From: Botryllus schlosseri
Taxonomy: Eukaryota
Assembly (NCBI GenBank): GCA_051294905.1
Contig: CM119372.1
Location: 7,132,001 to 7,196,000 of the forward strand
Length of the DNA stretch: 64,000 bases
Direction of reading: 5' to 3'
Shown here: positions 50,375-62,483 of the stretch, piece after piece
Numbering within the stretch: position 1 is the first letter of the stretch
How the letters are laid out: every line of letters begins with the position of its first letter
Program-made: the position numbers and the translations under genes
The notes under the pieces: model-generated
The model's input: the letters and a program-made list of their open reading frames with translations, nothing else
The model's database searches: none
Told to the model about the DNA's origin: nothing

Positions 50375-51229
50375 CTATAGACAGCCTAACACTTTCATGG
50401 GGTGGACACAAAATTTTCAAATTTTTTATTATTTATTTTTATATAATATAATAAATAGAGACTTTCTTCTCCTGTAGCAAAGCGGTTACTGGCTGGAATT
50501 GAACCAAATTTTGTGTGTAGGCTTAAATTAGGTAACCGAACAATTTTATCAAGTAGCCAGTGCGATTTGAGAAAAAAAGTCATTTTTGAAGAGCCCTAAT
50601 GTTCAGTTTATGTCATAGCCCTTGAACGAATAAAAAGTAATCGTTCTTTCACAAAGAAATCGATTAGATATGGGAAGTAGTCGATTACAATTACTTTGGA
50701 TTTTTTTCGAATGTAATCGATTGCAATTACGATTACTTGAAAATGCTGTAATCGTCGTAAACGATTACGATTACTAATCGCGATTACCCCATGTCTGACA
50801 AGGGGTGGACAATTATTTTCCCAAGTGGGTCAAATAGGAAGCAAAAAAACTTGGCAGGCTGAGTCAAGAGTTTGAACTATAATATGCAGCCTATTTCTAG
50901 ATAGACAACAGTGAATTACATTGTTAACAAAAGCTGCTGATGGGATGTGTTAGAATTCGGCCAGGAAAGGGTGAGGCTTAATTTACCAAAAAATACTATT
51001 ATTTATTCATTCAGTGTCATTATTCAAAACAATGCGAAGCATTTACATCACATCAACCCCAGACCCCCTTTGCTATGTAGACTTTGAAATCTAGGCCTCA
51101 AATGGGATGCTACGAAGCTGGTCTTCGTCCAGTGCCGTGGGCTGTGAAGCGTGACATTGAGCCTTGGTGTTGTGACAGCTTCGCTAGCAGATGTCTAGAA
51201 ACCCGTGCATTCTCGGCCTCAGCCAGCCA

Positions 51230-52060
51230 ACGAGAGTTTGTATTTCACTGCGTTTTTCTCAATATGTTGATTGGAAATACCTCCAAACACGGCGATCTGC
51301 ACACCACAAACTGAAATGAGAGGTTTACCTTTGACTCGAGCAAACAAATATTTAGTGCTCCGAATATTCCTTATGCCTGCCTTGAGCCTCCACCTTTGTT
51401 CATCTTTTATGGGTGACCTCTAGTCACGTGGACTGATTGACATGTTTTACGCATTATGGATTGACATGTACGACAAGTACAACATGGAAATAAAATGAGA
51501 GTACAAACCGGGTAATTCGCAATGTGACATAATGGCAACAAACAAGTTTTGAACAGCCTCGAATCCGTTACTTTTGACTTTAAATGTTGCAGCATTCTTT
51601 GCTACATTTGCACTATTTTGAATCCATGCAATACGACCTATATGTAGGCTACGTAATCACTGTAGACCAGGAGTGTCAAACATACCAAGCATTGCGTAAA
51701 TGAGGTGCATGACATTACATGCAATGTGTCGGTGTGTACAAACATCGAGGAATAAGACTGGCTTCGATCCACAGACAACATTGTCGTAGCCGGTAATTTT
51801 AATGCAGGTCGAATGTCCTCATGCAAATTCCCCAGCAGAAGATGCCATGTAGTAACTTCGACTGGAATAAGGATTTAAAGAGTATCAGAAGAACGCAGAG
51901 CATACTCGAACCAGCAACCTTGGTGTTGCAGCTGCGGATCGACGTATCGCTATCGCCGCCTCGCCGCACGCGTAAACGATGTAGCCTAATCATAGTGTGC
52001 TATAGTGTAATTCTAGTCAAACAAAAAACAGACGCGGTCGTGTCATGTATACGTCTATAA
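51230..52060 (+). pseudogene. Second, divergent Polinton minor-capsid-like relic
   Basis: Nucleotide homology of ~51685-51790 to ~6620-6730 (GTAAATG.GG...ATGACATTACAT.CAA.GTGTCGGTGT...AGACAACAT), with synonymous-type changes in the + frame (VNEVHDITCNVSV vs VNVVYDITYNVSV). N-terminal DLHTTN*NERFTF..KQI..YACLE. Confidence 0.45.
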
Positions 52061-52274
52061 ACTTGAATTTAGGCAAGCAACTTCAATACTAACATTAACA
52101 ACTATCATGTAAAAGAGTTTTAGTCAGGCAGCGTCTTGGAATAAATTTTCATGAAACACCATCTCCAGATCGAGAAAAAATAGTTCCCGTGGTTCGTGAC
52201 TGGTTTCAACAGCGAGACTACTGCCCAGTGCTCTTGCATCAATTCACTCCCCGTCACAGCCATAGAAAGTGTTG

Positions 52275-54446
52275 TCAGCGTTTCAAAATACATAACTCCA
52301 GAAATTGCTTGCTATCGTAACACAAAAGAGCGGTTCTGCCACTGCGCGTCACGGTCGTAAGCTGCGAAGAATATTTGGCGCAGAACTCCCACCCTTCGAT
52401 CAGTGGCTCGTGAAAGCGTTTGTCCCCTGCGTATCGGACTATGAGTTGACGCTCCCTCTTGGACTTACAAACCAGATCGCTCTTCCCGTCAAAGTTAAAA
52501 TCTCCCTGAAGTAAAACACCGCCGCCGCACCGATCGAAGGATCCGGACCACACTTTTTTAAATCCGGAATTGCTGCCATACGATAATTGGTACACTCCGT
52601 AAGCGTTTAAGCAAACAATGTCCAGGCGGCCGTCGCCACTAAAGTCTCCGAATACCCAATTTTCCGTTGTAAAAGCGACGTTACATAAGTCGTCAATGGC
52701 TAAGCTCGTTCTTGATGTAGCGAAAATGGCACCTTCGTTGCACTTTCTCGGGCCGCAAGGTTCGGTCTCGACAGACGAATAACATTTACCACCGGTACAC
52801 GTCCTTTTTCTGTACCCTTCACAAGTAGCAGAACATTGAGACCACGGCCCGAAAGTTTTCTGGTCAGCGAAACAAATGTTTAAATCGCATTTTCGCATTT
52901 CAACTTCTTTCTGCGACGACGTGCCGCATGCAGCGACTGCATAATTCACTTCATTTTTACATAATCGCGCTCGAGACTGCAAGCCGGTCCCGCAAGTCTC
53001 TCGACACGCAGACCAGTTGGTCCAATCATGCCACAATCCGTTCTTCTTGCAAATCGGCGCATAGCATATCTCTACCTTGGCAATGATCCGTCCGCATGCG
53101 TATGGGCCGCTCAGACAATACCTATACCGAAATGCTTGACTTGAACCATCCTTCGTACATGTCACTAGACAAGGACCAACTGGACCCCACTGACTCCACA
53201 CTCCTCCCGGGCAACGTGACATTTCACAGTCCGATATTTCGAATGAGTCTCCTTTGCAATATTGTGAATATTTGTTTTCTTGGGATACGCAGTATCGATG
53301 TCGAGTCTTCTTACCTACTCCGCACGTTACATCACATTTGCTCCAACCCGACCATGCACTCCATTGTAATGCGGCACCCGACGTGACTTTAGAACACTTA
53401 TATAAAGCGTTCAATTCATAAATATCTTCAGCAGAGAAATCGCCCGCCCCTAGCACTTCGCCAGTGAAAGACTTTATAACATCTACATTGTCGTTTATTG
53501 AAAAAGAATTCGCGAGGTAATGCATAAGTGACTCGAAATCATACTTCGAGTTTAAATCTTGAACCCGATACCTTAATTTCTTTCTAAAATTGTGTGTTTC
53601 GGTCTTCCTAATCATTGCCCAATTAATTTCTACGTGCGCATCTCGGTCTGGGCGTGACTGTTCATGGAAGAATCCAAGTGCGTGCAAAATCTCGTGCTTT
53701 GTAGCACCAAGGCGGCATAATGGATGTAAATGGATAACAGACTCTTTGAATACGTCCGGTATTCGGCCTACGTCGGCTGCGCAAAAAAGGTCTTTTTTAA
53801 ATTTCAAATGCATACCTATATGTCCGCTCGTGATCTTTTCGAATTTTATGCAACTGAAAGCTTCAATAGAGGCGAATGACTGCATAATCAAGTCCTTCTG
53901 ATCTTCGTCGAGATTACTTGCGAAATCATATTTAACAACATATTTCTCTCCAACGATTTGTCGGTCATGGATTCTGTGTCCCTTGACAGCGGATCCTACA
54001 TACGTAGCAAAGTCTTCATCTGTAGATATGTAACCATACTCCTCCATCATGTTTGGTACTTCAAACTCTTTAAACTGAATGTCGCCTTGGAAAATGCCCT
54101 CCTCGGCACAAGCACATTCTGCCGGACAGCCTGTTTCGTCGGCGGCGAATCCAAATGGACATTGTTCCGAACAGAGAGTAACATCAAAACTACACCGAGA
54201 CAAAGCGCATATATATACATCTTGGACAGAAGGATATGGTATGTCACATCTAAAATCGGAATCTGTATCGATGCTTACAGTTCTTGCCGAGTTGGACGTC
54301 GAAAAGATGGCGATCGCAGCAGCACTGCCGCATAACAATATGCTTACAACTAAAATCTTCGCATTCGTGCTCAGAATCGCCGGCGGATGACCATGTTTGT
54401 TTTTCAACGTTGCACGAGTTGAGTGCTTGTTCGCAGTTTTCCTCAT
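52275..54446 (-). CDS. Astacin-family (M12A) metalloprotease with signal anchor, antistasin-like Cys module, 4 TSP1 repeats and FG-GAP/VCBS-like repeats; intronless, 723 aa
   Basis: Hydrophobic ILVVSILLCGSAAAIAIF; C...CPFGF..DETGC..C.C; FQGDI pro-region; HEILHALGFFHEQSRPDRD zinc motif; SLMHY Met-turn; WSxWSxCxxTCG repeats; GDFSGDGRLD and GDFNFDGKSD. Confidence 0.93.
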   Translation of the reverse strand: MRKTANKHSTRATLKNKHGHPPAILSTNAKILVVSILLCGSAAAIAIFSTSNSARTVSIDTDSDFRCDIPYPSVQDVYICALSRCSFDVTLCSEQCPFGFAADETGCPAECACAEEGIFQGDIQFKEFEVPNMMEEYGYISTDEDFATYVGSAVKGHRIHDRQIVGEKYVVKYDFASNLDEDQKDLIMQSFASIEAFSCIKFEKITSGHIGMHLKFKKDLFCAADVGRIPDVFKESVIHLHPLCRLGATKHEILHALGFFHEQSRPDRDAHVEINWAMIRKTETHNFRKKLRYRVQDLNSKYDFESLMHYLANSFSINDNVDVIKSFTGEVLGAGDFSAEDIYELNALYKCSKVTSGAALQWSAWSGWSKCDVTCGVGKKTRHRYCVSQENKYSQYCKGDSFEISDCEMSRCPGGVWSQWGPVGPCLVTCTKDGSSQAFRYRYCLSGPYACGRIIAKVEICYAPICKKNGLWHDWTNWSACRETCGTGLQSRARLCKNEVNYAVAACGTSSQKEVEMRKCDLNICFADQKTFGPWSQCSATCEGYRKRTCTGGKCYSSVETEPCGPRKCNEGAIFATSRTSLAIDDLCNVAFTTENWVFGDFSGDGRLDIVCLNAYGVYQLSYGSNSGFKKVWSGSFDRCGGGVLLQGDFNFDGKSDLVCKSKRERQLIVRYAGDKRFHEPLIEGWEFCAKYSSQLTTVTRSGRTALLCYDSKQFLELCILKR

Positions 54447-55148
54447 AGCCTTCTAATTTGAGCATGCACTACATACATAGGTACTAGAGAGGTGAAAAAA
54501 ACATACCGTTAAAAAGTAACAGTCAAGCTTTTCTAGTAGCAGTAGCAGTTACCTGCTAATCCAAATTACAGTTAACAGAATAGCACTTACGCATACAGCC
54601 TTGACATTCAGTACATTTATCTCTGGTGTGTTTCATTATTCGAGAAACCAGAGCCACTACAGACTACAGTGCAGTCTCAACTAGACCACATCACATTCGT
54701 GACAATAGCGGTTTAAATTATCCTCAACCCCGACCCGATTTGAGTGAATGACATATTCGGATGCAAAATTAGATCTACATTTGTCATGAAGGGCATTGGG
54801 GGCAGTGGGCACTTCTCTAACTATACTCCGTGAAAGGATTTTTTTTCAGGCTTATAGTAAGATGAACGGAAAAGTTTTAAGGCTCTGCCTGTATGATCAT
54901 AACTTCAATCATAATTAATTGTTATTTAGTTTAAAGTTGTGGTTTGATATCGGCGAGTTTAGAAGTAATCAATTTTAAACTTTAGAAAACATTTGCGTTT
55001 TTTCGAATAAATTAGCGGTCAATTGTTACGCAGGCTATATATATATACATCCAGCATAACTACTAAAAAGTGACAGTTTGAAATCAAAGTGAAAATTCCG
55101 AAAGTAGCAGTTCGTAACTGCCACCGTACTGCAAAATATCGCTTAAGC

Positions 55149-56443
55149 CAGTGGTTCCCAACTAGGGCTGGGCAAAAAGATTCGAGTACTCGAATCTGAG
55201 TCGAGTAGTAATTTTAATGATTCGAGTCGAGTAGTAAAAGACGATGTTTTCGAGTACTGAAATTATACGGTCCTCGCAACTGAAAGTTAATTTACTGACG
55301 AGAATTATAGTTTAGATACGATTTTCCACTGAGGAAGCCGTGAAACCTTGATTGGCCGTGTTTGAGCATACCAGGCACAGTTTAAAGCTACGAACGTTAC
55401 TGGAAATAACACATTTCCTAAGTCATTATCATCCAACAAAATTGTTAAGAAGTGCAATGAAATCGGTATGGTCGAAAAAAGACCAAAGTATCTTTAATGT
55501 GATGGATAACAGGCATTACGTTCTTTGTGGTGGCATAAAAGGTTCATATTTGGACTTCGACATAGTACATCCTGTTGTGGCGTCATAATGAGTGATACTC
55601 GATTTCTCGACTCGACTCGAAGCATATTACGTGATTCAGAATCGAATCACTCAGGTACTCGATTTTGCCCAGCCCTATAATCCCAACCTTTTTTCACCAG
55701 CGTACCATTTCGAGGTCTTATGCAGTGCCCGCGTACCACCTACACTATACATAAGCTTCGCTCTCAGAAGACGGTGAAAATGTTTCCACCATGTTGAGCT
55801 GCCGAAGGCAGCAAAACAGTAAATAAACTGCCTCTTTTAAGGCACAGAATGTGATTTCTGTAATCGATCCATTTCGAATTCTTGTGGTCAAATATATTAA
55901 AACGGAATTTGGTTAGGTAAGAATCCCAATGCTTTACGACTAGATCTCTTCAGGTAGGCCAGTGGATCTCAAACTTTTTTTAGATACGCCCCCCTTTATG
56001 ATAGTGAAAAATTTCACGCGCCTCTTATCGCTATATCACTAAATTCAGCCAGAATGCTAGCAATCCCAATAGACAGTTTGATGGCATGGAAGGTTATGAT
56101 TGTAGATGAGAGAATTCTCAAATATAGAAAAATTGGACCAAATACAGAGCAAGAAGTGTGAATTGGAGATAAATCGCGCATAGCGCGAACAAAATTTTCA
56201 GTTGACCAGAGCTTCGCGCCCCCCTTCAGATGCCCTCACGCCCCCCAGTTTCAGAACCACTGCCGTAGACCATCATTGGTGGGATTGCCCCTACCCACGA
56301 CGATCACCTTACCACGACGACGACGAATTCAAAAGGCTCAAAATCAACCCAACCTGAACTACTAACTCCTTTCGGTCGAAAAATCAAAATCTATTCGCGT
56401 ACCACCTGGAACACCTTCGCGTACCACAGGTTCGGAACCACTG
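55149..56443. mobile_element. hAT MITE with nested MITEs (55163-55677 and ~55960-56262)
   Basis: CAGTGGTTCCCAAC / GTTCGGAACCACTG ends; imperfect TSD GCTTAAGC/GCTCACGC; inner TIR TAGGGCTGGGCAAAA / TTTTGCCCAGCCCTA. Confidence 0.75.
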
Positions 56444-56451
56444 GCTCACGC

Positions 56452-56880
56452 CCATCTCTAATAGGCAGGCCTACGGTAACGTATACCGGTACATCTCTGT
56501 TCTTCACGAACCTGTACCACCGACGTCTATAAATGTCGAGTAATGTGCCATCGATATCGGAAATTCATTTTCTTTTACTCTCTCCACCAGAATAGAACTG
56601 GAACACAGCCTCCAAAACTCACAGCAGGTCACAGCAGTATGTTAGGCCCTGTGGATATACGCAGTTCTGCTAATGCAAAACATCGCTTAAGCTCATCTCT
56701 AATAGGCAGGCCTACGGTACCTTATACCGGTACATCTCTGTTCTTCACTAACCTGTACCACCGACGTCTATAAATGTCGAGTAATGTAGCATCTATGTCG
56801 GAAATTCATTTTTTTCTACTCTCTCCCCCAGAATCGAACGGGAACACAGCCTCCAAAACTAACTTAGGTCACAGCAATAC
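56452..56880. repeat. Tandem duplication of ~240 bp
   Basis: CATCTCTAATAGGCAGGCCTACGGTA...GGTCACAGCA occurs at ~56453 and ~56694. Confidence 0.85.
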
Positions 56881-57335
56881 TTGATCAATTTCCGAGGCTG
56901 GATTTCCGAGGCTGCGATCCCCTTAGTGTCACAGCAGTATATTATGCACTACGCCAAAGAATGTAGGACAAGAAGTATGGGGAATTGTTTCGTCACACCG
57001 TCGTTGCACCACGGCAGCGTTTTGGTCGCAAAAGACCAAAAACAAGCAACATGAACCTGTTAGAGCTGTGGTTCTTAACCTGGGGGTAATTACCCCCAAA
57101 GGGGTAATTTACCAATTCTTCGGGGGTAATTCATATTGGCGTTTTTTTTATATACTTATAGCGCTGCACTAAAGTATTTTCAAACGTAAATATTCTTGTA
57201 GGCTAACATATATTTTTGCGAGCTTGTATGTATTTCGTTTCACTTAACATAACATATCTGCTGTGATATCATAGTAACCATTAGTGAATATGAATAAGAT
57301 GGCCGAGTGTAGTTTATTATAGTGCTAAGCAGTAG

Positions 57336-58585
57336 CATAGCCTTTACAAACTAGCCGGGAAGCGGCAGACCGATACAGTGCTTCAGTAGTTGCGGATAGC
57401 GCCACCGCGTGTTGGAATGCAACTTTCGTCTTTTTGCGGGAATTCACTACTTGTACTTGGAGCTGTGTATTTATCCACTTGTCGCTTGTATTCTAGATAT
57501 ATTTGGGGCTCAATGGACCTGACTGAGGAAGAACTCGAAGAAATATTTGATGATGTAAGTAATAACTTTACTAACTGAAGATACTAATGATCTCATGTTC
57601 CAAATGCTACGAGTGGAAACAGACAGAATCAGGGAATACCGGTATAGTTACTCTACATTCCCTTTCTGTTATTTCAAACTGGGCTTATCACTTATATCTC
57701 ACTTTCTTCAGACTGAAGAGGATTTACTAGGATCTCCAGACAAAGCAGGATGCTCAGACACTCACACCGTAGAGATATTGGTTTCGGACGTTAATTGTGA
57801 AAATTTATTGGACACTGGATTGGACACTTTAGGAATACCGATGAAAAAGGAAACCAACATTTACAAAGACGTGTTGAGGGATATTAAACAAACTGTATCA
57901 CTTGAAAATAAAAAAAAAATGATGCTGTCATATTCTGCTCTCATGCAGAAAACGTACATTTGCTTGGAATTAGCGGAAAGTCAAATCAAGCAGGTGCTCA
58001 AGCTGGTTGTGCCCAGAGCAATAAAAGAAGCTACTGACTGGGGAGTTTCAAAATATAAGAAAGTATTAATAACCGACGACGACCTGAAAGTTATCAAATA
58101 TATATCTGGTGCGATATTAAAGTGGGCTGTGAAGAAGTTCTCAGGAGAATGGAGAGAATGGTGCGAAAAGCAGGTGTCGAAGAATCCTCTACCAACATAA
58201 TTTGAGCATAAAAACAGAGGTGGACTCATATGTCCTAATGACAGGTTCTTCTATCTAATGAAAGAAGTTGAAATTTATTTTCAAAAACAAAAAAACTTGC
58301 GGTTCATCGACATCAGAAACATACTGGCAAATGTAAATATCACATTACATTACCCGCATTGTGATCTGACCCTCATCAAAATACTCATTTCAAAATTTTT
58401 AAGAATTAGAACATATACATACTGCCGAGCTGCAACAGTAATGATTAGGCGCACAGCTCCAACCTCTCCAAGCACCACATGCTGTAGAAAGATGAAAGTT
58501 GCATTCCAACACGCGGTGTCGCTATCCGCAACTACTAAAGCACTGAATCGGTCTGCCGCTTCCCGGCTAGTTTGTAAAGGCTATG
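57336..58585 (+). mobile_element. P-element/THAP9-like non-autonomous element
   Basis: ~95-bp TIRs starting CATAGCCTTTACAAACTAGCCGGGAAGCGGCAGACCGAT; exact 7-bp TSD GCAGTAG; coding remnant YISGAIL.K...C...KNRGGLICP...E..F...H...LIKILI..FLRIR. Confidence 0.8.
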
Positions 58586-58653
58586 GCAGTAGTGCGAATC
58601 ATAACAAATTGAAATACAACAAGGGGCGTCCAAGTTTAGCTTTACACCTATGA
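57513..58653 (+). pseudogene. Spliced gene encoding an acidic N-terminus plus P-transposase C-terminal region; one in-frame stop at 58198-58200
   Basis: Exon 1 57513-57554 (MDLTEEELEEIFDD), GTAAGT donor, TTTCTTCAG acceptor, exon 2 from 57712 in phase 0. ORFs 57595 and 58258 share the same frame. Confidence 0.6.
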
Positions 58654-59204
58654 ATGCAGTAACAATATCGTAGAAATATAGTTCCTAGTATTGAAAAGTG
58701 TAGTGTGGTGGTTTTGTCTTGTCAGTAAAATTATGTCTGAAATCATCAAAATACCTTCGAAGAAACGAGGGAAAGATTTCTGGAACCTTTTGGGTTCGCC
58801 TTTAAAATGAATAACCAATCTTTGTCTTAATGGCATTGAACTTTCCGATTGAATTTCTTTCAATTTATTGCTGTGAAGTAGGGTTTTCTGTAATGGTATC
58901 TATCAAAACGAAATCAGTTTGCGATTGACAATTACATGAGAGATGCTGTCCTACCCTTTTTCTCTAATTTGACCACTGGATAACACGAAAACAGCATCAG
59001 CGTTCCCATTGACTTTATATTATTGACTTTATATTTTTAACGGGCAATTCAGTGTACATTATGACGTCATCTTTGTGCTGTTATAAAATTATTCGAGAAT
59101 AAGCTGCAATTTGTTATTTTTTAAAAGGGGTAATTGCACCTCGTCCTTTTCTTCTTGGGGGTAACGATATGAAAAAGGTTAAGAACCACTGTGTTAGAGA
59201 GAGA

Positions 59205-59500
59205 TAGTGTAGTCTGTAGTAGTTATTCGTCCGGCTTCTCGAGCGGTATGTCGTGGGTTCGATCCCCGGCCGGTTCATACCAAAGACTCGAAAATTGGTA
59301 TCCGCATCTATTCTGCTAGGCGCTCGGCAATCACGGCTAGCATGGAGGAGAAAAGAAAACGAGGGCGCAGCCCGCAGACTAGATGACCTCATGGGGCCGT
59401 ATCGCAACTCCATCGTCAAAGCATCTCGATGGTGCAGGCGAATAAAAATACCATCTCTCTCAGTGCGGCAATAGTTTACGGCGCTATTAACAGTGACATA
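59205..59500 (+). mobile_element. tRNA-derived SINE
   Basis: Degenerate A-box region and B box GGTTCGATCCC (~59256), followed by CCGGTTCATACCAAAGACT..AAAATTGGTA body; no full cloverleaf or CCA context. Confidence 0.6.
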
Positions 59501-62483
59501 GAATGTTAACATGGAATGGCAACGACCGATTTTGCAGCTTTGTTCCGCTTCGCTGAGTCTGTAGTCAGAACTGTTTTGCGGAAGCGACTGTACGATCTCG
59601 ATCTGTGGATATCCAGAGGGCAGAATTCACTGAAGCTGGTCTTGATCGAAAGCTACTGTCGCACTGATTCCAAAAATATAAATTTAAATATGGTCAGGCC
59701 CGGACTTTGACGAAAAATCACTCTCAACATCTGAAATCTGCATTGTTCAGAACAATCAGATGACTGCAAAACAATGCTATTGCGGCTCCCCGACTGTTTG
59801 GATAATGCCGATATTTCATACTTGGAGGGCGGATACTGGGTGGATCAGTACCTGATCATATTTTAATTTATATTTCCTGTTCAATGTCTGGTATTCGCTG
59901 CAGCCGATATGACTATATTTTCTAAAATATGCACATTTTCTCTTAGCCTACTAATCATATTTTAACGCAGGCCTGCAGCGACAAGAAAATTTTCAAGTTC
60001 AACAAACAAGCAACGAAATTATTTTGGTCCCCTTCAAGCTCCTCCCGATTGGAGGATGGGGGGGGGGTAGGATGCGACAGTTACGACCCTCGAAAATCCT
60101 ATGACTCTTCTGTATACTTCCGCAACTGTTCCACTCATGTCGCGAAAATCAATGAACCAGTCCACGCATAGATGTTGGTACTACCAGTCCGTCAACTCGC
60201 GATCGTCGTGGTCCTTGGGTTGTTGGAATGCGCCAGGTTTCAATTTTTATTGATTCTAGAAATGTACAACATCGAAAAGTAGGAAAGCTGATGATCATCC
60301 CAGTAGAACGGCGTGACAAGCGAACTCTTCATGACCTGATTCGCGCCGAAGTAGAACTGGGCATACCGTACCGATACCGATACCGATACCGATGAATGAC
60401 CCGATTACTATGGTCTGAGCAGTATCGGATATCATCACGATCAAAGGTGGTCAGTAACGAAGTACTTCTACTTTTTTTAAGTACTCAAGTATTTTTCGTC
60501 TACTTCTAGTACTTACTCAAGTAGAGCTAATTTCTGCTACTTATACTTCTACTTCATAGAACTTTGTGATCTACTTACTTACTTTTCGCTATTTTCCGTT
60601 TGTCAAGTAGAAGTAGTTTAATCCTCCAATCAGGAAGATAGCCTGACGAATTTCGGAGCTGTTTTCACGGAGTATCAACAATTAATTTTCAGAAAAGTTG
60701 ACTAAAGCCCAGAATTTTCGTCGTGCTTCGTGCACGGTGGGTGGATATGGAGTGACCAATATGATTTCACGAAAGTATTGGTGAATATAATTTAGGTAGC
60801 GGGTTGCGTGGTTCCGTTCATACCGCATTGTCGCCCATATGAAATATTTCATCGCAGTTTATATGGTCCATCATAACGTTTGAAACGGATGTTTCGCTAT
60901 CTAGCATTTACTTATCATATCGTAGTTTAGCAGTCCAGCATGGCGTGTCCTGATCTGGAACAGTGGGCTCTGAATTTTTTTTAGCTTTTGACCTGTTTTA
61001 GCATACAACCTTCGAAACTTTCTGGATTAAAGACATGAAATACATTTTCCGCTTTTAGTAGTAGTATTTATATTTGACTTTCAATTCCCAGTATCATACT
61101 TTACGTTCTAATTAGTATCAGTTCTTTTGTCTCGAGAACATACATGTTTGAGTATAAAAGCAACTGTAGTGATGCCTTTAATTTCCAGAAAAAAAGCTAC
61201 ACAATATGGCATTTTACGATCCACCATATTTTTGTTATTAACGTTTATTAATCGCGCAAAGTGTTTACACCGTGTCCGATACAACTTTTCCGTATTGCTC
61301 GCCTTATTATATGGGGGAGGATGACATACCATGATATTTTCTAAAACGTGCTGTTCGAGTAAACAGAGGATTGGTATCGTATTTCCATATCAATACTATC
61401 ATTTTCAGCCCATTATGCGGACGAGCGCTTATGCTGTCGAAAATTGGATACCTCCTGATATGGATCTATATGAATCAAGCTCTGCACCTTTCGCATAGCT
61501 CAATTTGCAGCTTTTGACAATCAATGCGCACGATCTACAATCGTTTTCACAACTACTTACTTACTCGAGTAGATTTAAAGCCAGTCAATTCTACTTCAAC
61601 TTCAAGTAGTTTTAGGTTGCTTTTGGCAGAAATTCTTCTACTCGTACTTCAGTAGATTCGCCTGTAGCCAAAGCATCGGAGGTAAATTTGTGTTCCTTCC
61701 CCCATGTGTGACTATTTCTTACGGCGGTAAGAGGCCCGGAAAAAGACTCAACAAAGGATCATATGTGATATCGAGAAGAAAAAAAGTAAAAATAATAATA
61801 TTTAACGAAGACAGCCTATCCAACACTGTTACATCGGCCAATTGGCCCAAGTCGTTTTTGATTAAAATACCATAATAGGTAAATGCAACATCCCTGCCGG
61901 TCACCTGCATCGCATTGAACACTATGTGTCTTGAGCACATCAGAATATAAATGATTACGATTATTGCGATTCACGTCGTGTTCGTGTTTAGTATAGGTCT
62001 ACTGTAATGCAGCATTCTATGAATTATTCAATAAACTATTTCATCGTGGTATTACGTAGCCTACTTTGTTACGATCAAAACGCACGATTTTGCATTAAAT
62101 ACGACTTTTCGTCCAATTCGATTTTCGGTCAGTTTCAATCAACAATTAGGACACCCAAAATGTAACGGCGTGCCCTCTGCTTCGGATATGTTATACATTG
62201 GGATAAGTATTACATCAAGATATTAACGATAACATGAAAAAGTTGGGAAATTGCGTACTTTTTAAATATCAAAATGCACAATTTTGCGTCAAATACGACA
62301 TTTTGTCCAATTCGATTTTCGGTCAGTTTCAATCGAATTGAATGTAGAAAAGATTGGTCTTGTTTTTTTTCTTCATGTGGATATCTGGGTACTTCACCTG
62401 ATTGAGTGATTCTATCTGAGCAGACCTCATCTGCAGTTGGTGTGCTTGTGGTAAGGTGCCCCTGGAAATATCGTAACAACATA

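Larger units (their letters stand above)
57066..59191. mobile_element. Non-autonomous hAT element hosting a P-like element
   Basis: TIR CTGTGGTTCTTAACC / GGTTAAGAACCACTG; exact 8-bp TSD TGTTAGAG. Confidence 0.9.

Noticed and set aside
59205..59280. tRNA gene
   Set aside because: B box present but no intact cloverleaf; it continues into a SINE-like body.
60442..61660. Possible hAT MITE with TACTT-rich subterminal repeats
   Set aside because: The left end is plausible, but no matching right TIR or TSD could be identified, so boundaries are unsupported.
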